The translations under genes and the position numbers were made by a program. Of a stretch of DNA of 64,000 nt, positions 13,756-22,644 are shown one piece after another; the stretch's first letter is position 1; each line of letters opens with the position of its first letter. The DNA comes from Heterodontus francisci (lineage: Eukaryota). The stretch is taken from NCBI RefSeq assembly GCF_036365525.1, contig NC_090396.1, positions 28,496,283 to 28,560,282 on the forward strand. Reading direction: 5' to 3'. The notes under the pieces are model-generated. The model made no database searches. It was not told where the DNA came from and saw nothing but the letters and a program-made list of their open reading frames with translations.

Positions 13756-14364
13756 TGTTGTGCCTAATACGCACTTCCTCTTAAAGAATCCGCGGAATCC
13801 GATTGGTGAAAAGTATATCGATATTTTATTCACATACTAAATCATCAAATACAAGCTCTCACTACTTGTACAGTATACTACCCATCAAGACACTGGGTGA
13901 TCAGTCTCGGACTTGCAGCTGCTGTTCTGTTCTCTGAGCCCCTGGCTCAGGGTATCTTCTCAAGTGTTCTTCCCCGTGGTTCTTGGACCTTCCCTAGTTT
14001 CAGTCAGGGGTTAAATCTTGTTTCCAAGACCCTCCCCTCTTACTCATAGGGGTCTGGCATAATGACATAATGATAATTCCTTATTTGGCTCAGTGAGCAC
14101 CTGTTCAAAACTTCACAGTTTCCCGTTATCTACTGTGAGTCAGATCTTATCTAGTATCCATGACGACCCCCTTTATCTGCTACATGAAAGACAGGGTCTG
14201 GTGTCATCAATATGTCTTATCTATACTGTTTACAATTCCTCGGCCATCTGTGTGCTGTGGCCCCATTCTACTCATAGCCCCTATTGTTTAACACAATTAT
14301 TTATTGTTGTGTGACTAGCCCATTTGTTTTAACTAAATTTTTGTGTGTTTTTACTGGGTCTACA
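13756..14364 (-). repeat. 3' LTR of ERV (609 bp)
   Basis: Same termini as the 5' LTR; preceded on the minus strand by the PPT; AATAAA on the minus strand near 13825-13830. Confidence 0.95.
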
Positions 14365-14375
14365 GTCCCCCCTTT
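14365..14375 (-). promoter_or_regulatory. Polypurine tract
   Basis: AAAGGGGGGAC directly abuts the TGTAG start of the 3' LTR. Confidence 0.85.
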
Positions 14376-14643
14376 GATCCTGCAGGGCTATGCCCAAGGG
14401 ATCACACTCTCATGTCTCTTAGGTAGTACACTTGTCCAATTACAATTTCATTTTCAAAGCAAAAGCATAAGCAGTGTAATGTTAAAGAAAGCACAATTTA
14501 AACATCACTATTACATAATCAATCAATTGTGTGAACATAATACAGTGCAATTTCATTCTTAGAGTATGTTGATCATTCATTAATTCATTTTCAGTATATA
14601 CGAATAGGTTATACAATTACCCTCTTGTTACATAACTAATTGT

Positions 14644-16051
14644 CTATCTTTTATAGAACAAGTTCGAATACTGATCACCTTTAAGATAGCTGTCCAACCT
14701 GTGTTCATACATCCTCTCACATTGCCTAATTAATTTCAACAAAATGTACTGTTGCTCACCAGACAAGTCCGGTTATGTCCATACTGGTACTCCTCTGCCG
14801 TGGTGGGTAAGCAATATCTCCCCTTTCCCATATAGGCCACATGGGTTACCCCTGACAATGCTTTCCTAGTTTCCATGGTGCAATAGACAGTGGCATTAAC
14901 TCCACATTTTGATTCTTCTGTTTTATATATAGGATGAGGACATATGACCACCTGGTTTTCCACACTACACTCAGACAATGTTGTTCCAACTACCTCTTTT
15001 CCAATTTCCACAACATAGGGTAAAATATCATGGTATTTTATGTAATCTTTTCCCCTTATCACCCCTATATTTTCCACTTTATATAACTGCATCCCTAACT
15101 TATCTCTCGGAATTACAGGTATTCCCAATACTACTCCAATACTCATAGATCTTGTACTTACACACTCCTGACCCTTCCATACCTTAACAAGTTTTCTGAG
15201 TTCTAACCTTCTGGTCCACATTTTCCAAATCTATAGTATTAACAACTGAAGTTAAAGACTGTGACTACGTCATTAACTAAACTACGTTTACGTCTCTTTC
15301 CCTTTATTATTCCCTCATCACCAAATTCTTGTCTCAGCAATTGTTGCAGTCGTACCTTATACAACTCTCGGGTCTTCTCAGGGCACCAGCCAGGTAGCTG
15401 GATATCTGAGATATTTAATATTACTGGTACCAACTCATGCTGTATATTATCACATACAATTTTATTTTTTATTATCGCAAGTCCATTTTCTGGTCCTGCA
15501 GTTAAGGCAGGGCAAGGGAGATCAGTCACTTGTGGCTGCTGGATTGTAACCCTCCTCATTAGTAATTCGGGTGTGGGGTTAACCGTGGTGGTTGGAGCTT
15601 CTAGCCCGATTACACTCACGACCTGAAGTAGAAACTGTCCTTTTTTATTTTTCCCAACGCAGTCGAGCCAATAACCCTATCACTGTGCGGCTTCACACAC
15701 AGTGGTCGGTTCTTACAGTCTTTATCATCACATTCCCATACAGGAAATTTGGGGCCACCTGGTGGGTCCCGTAAGGTGGTTCCCTTTGGGCATTCGACAC
15801 ATACCCACTGTCTGATAGTAACATTTACAAAATAAGCCCACTGCTCCCACCGCTCGTCCCCAACTGCAACTTCCCATAGCCCCTGATAGTTGCCATGTAC
15901 TTCTACTGAGTCAGACAATGTCATCTGTATGTCCTCCCCTGAATCAGTTCCCGTTACAGCACTTGATGTTATACGGTCTGTCATCCTCCTTCAACGCGTT
16001 GATGGCTACAGCTGCAGCAGTCATCACGAGCAATAGATACCAAGGTTTCAT
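14644..16051 (-). pseudogene. env: ERV env, class I fusion protein of Mononegavirales F-like type; disrupted and internally deleted
   Basis: Splice acceptor (atcttacag|) 8 nt before the ATG at 16051; signal peptide MKPWYLLLVMTAAAVA; F2-like block; furin site KRRKR followed by SLVNDVVTVFN; Cys-rich F1-like block; remnant tail ...YSNLFYKR*. Confidence 0.8.
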
Positions 16052-16101
16052 TCTGTTACCTGTAAGATCAAGATAACACCTGCTCTTATTTACAGTTCTC
16101 A

Positions 16102-19100
16102 TTAGTGTACCCCAGCTGGGTCAAACTCATCATCACTTATGCGGATTAATCGACCCCGTACCCCTAGTTCTGATGGACCATTACCCTGTGGTTTCCCCAT
16201 TCGCCTCCACTCTGTTTGAAGGTGTGGTTTAAGCTGTTTCCTTTTTGAACGGACAGCTGGTTCCACATTTAATTTCTCTGTTTTGATGCTACCTTTCTCA
16301 ACTTCTGTGACTCCAGAGGAAGTGGCTTCCCCTGGGTCCTCTAGAAACATTCTCTGGAATGCAAAACTTAAGTTTTCCATATCATCCTCTAAGAACTGAG
16401 GACTCTGATCCTGTCCATTTCCTCCATGGGCGGGAGCGTTTCCCACTTGCCCCATCTCTACCTCTCCTAGTGCGTCTGACTGTACATGGTGTTGATGGCT
16501 ATTCTGTATTCCGAATAGTTTAAGTTGGTTCACCTGGTACCAGCGTGCCCTATCGTTCTCCATCATTACCTTGTACACTGACGGCCGGCTTTATCTATGA
16601 TACGGTATGGCCCAGCGTATTTTGGGGACAAAAAAGTTCCTGTCTGTTGGATTCGGACCATAACTTGTTGCCCCACATCTAGTTCTACCATCTTTATCTT
16701 TCCATCAAAATATGCCTTACTTTGTTTCTGTTTCCGTCCCATTTGTACTGCTGCTATCTTCTGAGTTGCCCACAAATGCTCCAATAACTGATTCATAAAT
16801 TTCTCACGGGTTAGGGCAGTTATCTCAGGTTCAGAAAGGTCTAACCCCAACAGTGTTACTATCCCTCGCATTTGTTTTCCCGTCATTAGGGCATGGGGGG
16901 GTAAATCCAGTCGAGCTGGATACCATGTGACTGATTACCATCAGGACGTAGGGTCGGACCTTATACCAAGTTGAATTATTTTGCTGCACAGTCTTTCTCA
17001 ACATTCCCTTTAAAGTCCTGTTGATTCTTTCTACAATCCCACTTGACTGAGGGCGATAGACTATATGGAATTTCTGATCAATCGCCAACATAGTCATCAC
17101 ACTCTGCATCACTTCAGCAGTGAAGTGAGACCCTTGATCTGATTCTATGCTTCGAGGCAACCCCCATCTGGTAAAAACATGCTGCACTAAAATATCAGCA
17201 GTTACCCGTGCTGTGTTACTCTTTGTGGGAAAAGCCTCTACCTATTTAGTGAAAGTATCAATAATCACCAGTACATATTTAAATCCTCCCCTGCATGGAG
17301 GCAATGGCCCCACATAATCAATCTGCAGATTCGTCCACGGCCCTTCTACCGGACGTGTGTGTCGTAATTCTCCTTTCTGTGTGTACTGGTCTGGATTATT
17401 TTGAGCACAAATCAAACAGTTTTCCACATAATGCTTCACATCTCCTCCCATTCCTGGCCACCAACACAATTCCTTTATTCGACCTTCTGTAGCCTCCATC
17501 CCTTGGTGTCCTTGTACATCATGACACTGATAAATTATTTGATTTCTATCCTCTATCAGCACTGCATATTTTCCTTCCTTCAGTACCACTCCTGTCTCTG
17601 ATTGTATCTTCGACCTCCATCTAGAATACTCTTCTGGCCATTTTTCTTTTCTGTATCTGTTTTAGTATGGGATCTTGGCTTTGTGCCTCTACCAGATCTT
17701 CAATCTTAAGCTGGGAGACTATCACTGCGCTTATGGGGTTCGTGTCATCTCCCCTCGGATCCCAATATTTCCCTGCTCTTGGTCCGGTCTTTGCTAACTC
17801 ATTGGCTCTCTTATTTCCTTCAGGACTCTCTTAACTATGAGCCTTTACTTTAATGATCCCGTACTGACCTTCCCCTTTTCTTGCTGCATTTACTATCCTC
17901 TGCAGTAAGAGGGCAGACAGCAAAGGTTTTCCATCTGCCGACACAAAACCTCTCGCTTTCCACAGAGGTAGGTACTCGGTTAAACTGTTACACACATACA
18001 TACTATCAGAATAAATGTCAACTGGTGGGGGAAACGTGTGGTTGTGTCACCATAAAAGCGACCGCAGCTAGTTCTGCACCCTACGCACATAGACTCACGG
18101 GTAACTGTAAGGCAATATCTTTAATAGGTGTTCCATTATGATCCTGTACATGTAATCCACATCCTGTCTGCCTAATCCCATCCTCCATTGGAGAGGAACC
18201 GTCAATAACATTTTTTAGAGCTGGTTTGATTTCTGGCTCTTTCCCATGTACACCCCCCAATGATTTTGACACAAAAGGTCCCTTGAGGGCCTTTGCCTTT
18301 TTTACTGAAATGTCTCTGCCTTGCAAGAGTAAGGTCCACTGAGCAATACGATTCTGACTAACATTACCATTCCTCAGTCGTCCATCCAGTAACAACCGGA
18401 TAGGCGTGTGTTCAGTTAGAATAGTTACCGGGCTGAGGCCGACAATATAAGTAAAATGTTGAACTGCCCAGAAGACGGCCAGCAAATGCTTTTCACACAC
18501 TGTAAAAGCTCGTTCTACTGATGTTAACAAGCGAGACACGTACGCCACTGGACAAAAATCGACCATATTTTTCCTGAAGCAATAAGGTAGTATCTGTGGT
18601 AGCAACCTCGAGGGCAAAGGGTAGGGATGGGTCCGGCACCTGTAGCGCTGGGGCTGTGGCTAGTGCCTGTTTTAATTCTGCAACTGCTGACGTACACTCT
18701 GGTGTCCATACCCACTCGGAGTTCTTCTTCAGGAGATCATATAAAGGGGCTGCCTTTAAGGCAAATCCATCAATATGGTTCCTGCAATACCCAACAAGGC
18801 CCAAAAATGATCTCAGAGCTTTAATATCTTGTGGTAGGGGAAGTTCGAGGATTGTCTGTACTCGCTTTTGCTCTATCTCGTGCTTTCCCTGTGTTACCAC
18901 TATTCCCAAATACGAAACCTTTTCTTTCAATATCTGTGCCTTTTTCGGGTTAACTTTCACTCCGACCTTCCAAAGGAGTTGAAGGAATTCCTCCAGTAGC
19001 TCGAAATGCTCTTCCTTACGCTCCGTTTGGAGAAAAAGGTCATCCAAAAATTGGATCAAACATTCTGATAGGGAGAAAGGACTTAACCCTTTTGCCAACC

Positions 19101-20050
19101 GCTGGTGGAATATTGATGGACTATTATGAAATCCCTGGGGGAGACATGTCCAGGTGTACTGTTGTCCCTGGAACGTAAACGCAAATTTATATTGATGCTG
19201 TTGTGCCAGTGGTATGGACCAGAACTCGTTACTAATATCCAACACGGTAAACCATTTAGACTGTGGGAACTGCTTCATTATCATTGCAGGGCTTGTAGAA
19301 ATAGTCGGTGCTGTCAAGGGTGTGACCTTATTTAATTCTCGATAGTCAATAGTCAATCGCCATGATCCATCTGGTTTACGGACGGGCCAAATAGGAGCGT
19401 TATTGGTGGATGCCATTGGTCTTCATATCGCCTGTTGTAGGAGACTGTCAATGACCTTCCTATCTCCGCCTGTTTGGGGAACCCATACTGTTTCTGGGGT
19501 CGATGATCTGGCCCCTCAATTAGGACGTCGCCTGTCATCCGTCCGCAATCATGCTTGTGAGTTGCAAACACCGAACGGTGTTTTTCAATAACTTGCGCTG
19601 CCGCATCAGCAGTCATGTCCTCTGGGTTTAACCCCAATTCTGCCATCGCGCAGATTCTCTCTGTGTATTGACCCGTTTGGATCATACCAGAGAAACCCTG
19701 CACGTTCGGCATCTTCCAGATGCAACAATTCACCGGATCAAAAGACAAACCTTGTTTCCTCATTACATCTGATCCCAAAATGTTCTCCATCAATTGTCCC
19801 AACTTGACGATCACATGTGTACGGTTAAAACAATAATTTTCAAATCTGAATAGTAATGGTTTCATTTCAATCCCTGTTTGAACATGGCCTGTAAAGCCAC
19901 TTAACAGCACTTTATTCTGGGTATGTCAAGAAGGGTCTGTTCCTTTAGATTGCTTCAGGACTGTCCGGGATCCACCGGTATCCCACAAAAACATAGCGAG
20001 GCAGCCTCCTACCTCACTTTTCACCACCGGTCGCCCAAACGGATCCCATC
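16102..20050 (-). pseudogene. pol: ERV pro-pol (PR, RT, tether, RNase H, IN), disrupted
   Basis: PR FLWDTGGSRTVL (DTG at 19974-19982). RT PIWPVRKPDGSWRLTIDYRELNK, LPQGFHNSP, FLDD. Tether PVAYVSRLL...EKHLLAVFWAV. RNase H VIDGSS...AELAAV...KVKAH...GNKRANELAK. IN HHCC (HDVQGH...CLIC), D-D-E (LQIDYVG, ESDQGSHF, GIVERIN) and GPY motif. Confidence 0.92.
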
Positions 20051-20199
20051 TCCCTTTGCAAACCCACTCCACCGAGGCCTGACACCATCAATCGTCCCAG
20101 CCTGTATCGAGATCAGAATTACAGGTAACCAACTTGGTTAACCCTTCCTTCTGTCCAGCCCTTCTCCGGATTTCACTAACAGGAGCCATAGGATGATAT

Positions 20200-21900
20200 C
20201 GACCACCCTCGCACTCCGGCTGCTGAGTCACCGGTCTCCTGGCCCCTTCCAAAGGCAACGGAGGGTATAGGATACTTCTGGTTCTCCTTCCCTTATATGT
20301 TGCTGGGGTGCATTACAATCACGAACGAAAATGTCCTTGCTTCCCGCAATTAAAACATCTGCCGATTATGGGCAGGGGGGAATTGTTCCTGGCCATCGCT
20401 CTACCTCACCCTACTTCTTCTTCATAAAGGGGTGGTGGTGGTACCCTAGCTGTGCGACCTCGACCTTTCCTGGGCCCCTCATTTCTCCATACTGTTCCCG
20501 GGCCCCTCGGGTGAAAGGCGCTGATTTTGCCCTTTCACTTGTCTTTATTGGTTTCTCGTTTTCCCAGGCCTCTTTCCCATACATGAGTCATATGTCGGAG
20601 AGCCCACTATTCAGTGTGGGTTTGGTCTTCCAGATCAGAACTCTCACATGCATTCTGACTACTCTCATTAGAATGAGCTGTCAACATGCGCACCCATCTA
20701 GATGTGTTATTCCCAAGATTAGTTCTGCCTAGTCTGGGCCCATAAACTCCATTGAAATTATTCCATAATCGATAGGCAAACACCACCAGATGCTCATTCA
20801 ACCCCTGCCGGCACTTATGCAAGCCTTCTGTGGGATCCCCTTTATTACACCCTGATGCTGCCAATATTGCTGCCTTCATTTCATCTGGGGTACCCTCGCC
20901 CCCTTGCTGTGCTTGTGGCAATGCAGAGAAGAGTATGGGAGCAAAACACATTCCCAATAGTTTAACCTCCTCTTTATTGTCCAATCCGTGTAGAGCCCGT
21001 AAATGGGTTATAGCTGCAAAGGTAATGTACAGGTCCCCTTCTCCATTATACTTAGGGACCTCCTTCTGCATTTCTGCCAATTGAGTGATCGTATATGTTA
21101 GTGTTTGCCCCCTTGGACCCCGTCTATTCGACTAGTTATCAATGGTGCCATAGGTAAGGCCAGGGTGGGGGCAGACAGCTCAGTTGGGGGTTCAGGCGGT
21201 TCGGGAGATGGATCATCCCATGAACCGTTTTCATCGTTATGGTACGTACTGGCCTGGTCTGCCAAGTCGGTCCACTTAATGTCGTCATTGTCATCATCCT
21301 CCCTATCCACAAACGCGCATATTATACCCCTTTGCGCTGAGAGTTGAGACTGTAGTTTATTTATCTCCTGCTGACATTTTGTATGATCCGCTGACTGGTA
21401 CGCCTGCTCCGTCTGAGTGGTTGATAACTGTCATTGCGGTCTGTAAGTCAGAGCATTTCTGTTCCGTTCTTGTGAGCTGTTCCTTTGCCTTGTTCGCTTC
21501 CCTCTCAGCCTTACTGCGTCGGTACTCAGCCTTTTCAACTTGAGACTGGAATTGACTTAAAATGCACTACCTGTGCTGCACTAACTGACTCTGCCTTCAG
21601 GGCCCTATCACGCCACTCATTCTTTTCTTTTTCTGACTTTTGCAACTCCTGCTTCAATCTTTCGGCTTCACTCTCTTTTTCATCTAATTCCCTCATACAA
21701 GCAGTGGCTTTCACTAACATAGGTGCCCTTTTGGCTTGGTGGGTACGCGCATCCTCCCATTGCTATACCCCAACGGACCCCTGGCCCGTGTATTGTAAAC
21801 TCTATCCACGAGGGCTACTTGCCCTTCAAATATTTCCGGAGCTCCAACTCCCATGCTGGCCTGGCCAGGGCTATAATTACTCAATCCGATCTGTCAGACT
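20200..21900 (-). pseudogene. gag: ERV gag (disrupted)
   Basis: Coiled-coil segment (ELDEKESEAERLKQELQKSEKEKNEW), acidic/Pro-rich linker, capsid-like block (EVPKYNGEGDL...LHKCRQGLNEHLVVFAYRLW), and zinc knuckle CFNCGKQGHF(fs)VRDC at about 20315-20357. Boundaries approximate. Confidence 0.8.
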
Positions 21901-21972
21901 CGTAATTTTGTTTATAATTTAGTTCAAACTCAGCGAGGCTATTCAAAATAATTTGAAATAGCACTACAATTG

Positions 21973-21990
21973 AGTGCTGTTCGGGCACCA
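21973..21990 (-). promoter_or_regulatory. Primer binding site, tRNA-Lys(UUU/Lys3)-like
   Basis: TGGTGCCCGAACAGCACT, 4 nt after the 5' LTR, versus canonical Lys3 PBS TGGCGCCCGAACAGGGAC (13 of the first 14 nt match). Confidence 0.8.
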
Positions 21991-21994
21991 ATTA

Positions 21995-22644
21995 TGTTGT
22001 GCTTAATACGCACTTACTCTTAAAGAATCCACAGAATCCGATTGGTGAAAGGTATATTGATATTTTATTCACATACTAAATTATCAAATACAAATTCTCA
22101 CTACTTGCACAGTATCAAAACTCAAAGTACAAGCTCTCACTATTTGTACGATATACCACCCGTCAAGACACGAGGTGATCAGTCTCAGACTCGCGGCTGC
22201 TGTTCTGTTCTCTGAGCCCCTGGCTCAGGGTATCTTCTCGAATGTTCTTCCCCGGGGTTCTTGTACCTTCCCTAGTTTCAGTCAGGGGTTAAATCTTGTT
22301 TCCAAGACCCTCCCCTCTTACTTACTCATAAGGGTCTGGTATAATGACAATGATAATTCCTTATTTGGCTCGGTGAGAACCTGTTCAAAACTTCACAGTT
22401 TCCCATTACCTACTATGAGTCAGATCTTATCTAGTATCCATGACGACCCCCTTTATCTGCTACATGAAAGACAGGGTCTGGTATCATCAATATGTCTTAT
22501 CTATACTGTTTACAATTCCTCGGCCATCTGTGTGCTGTGGCCCCGTTCTACTCATACCCCCCCATGTTTTAACACATTATTTATTGTTGTGTGACTAGCC
22601 CATTTGTTTTAACTAAATTTTGATGTGTTTTTGATGGGTCTACA
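21995..22644 (-). repeat. 5' LTR of ERV (650 bp)
   Basis: Minus strand reads TGTAGACCC...CACAACA; homologous to 13756-14364; carries an extra ~40-bp tandem copy near 22085-22155. Confidence 0.95.

Larger units (their letters stand above)
13756..22644 (-). mobile_element. Endogenous retrovirus, lokiretrovirus-like, full-length but defective provirus (8889 bp)
   Basis: Two homologous TG...CA LTRs, GGGGG on both flanks, PBS and PPT, gag-pro-pol-env order, dual RNase H, and an F-protein-like env. Many frameshifts and stops. Confidence 0.9.

Noticed and set aside
13289-13840. 183-aa ORF
   Set aside because: It crosses CR1, MITE and LTR boundaries and has no protein motif.
14644-16051. Domesticated (syncytin-like) env
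   Set aside because: Multiple frameshifts and loss of the TM anchor mean there is no intact ORF at this locus.
18493-19416. Foamy virus assignment from RT similarity
   Set aside because: The Gag CCHC knuckle, short LTRs, lack of accessory ORFs after env and F-like Env do not fit; RT phylogeny is still needed.
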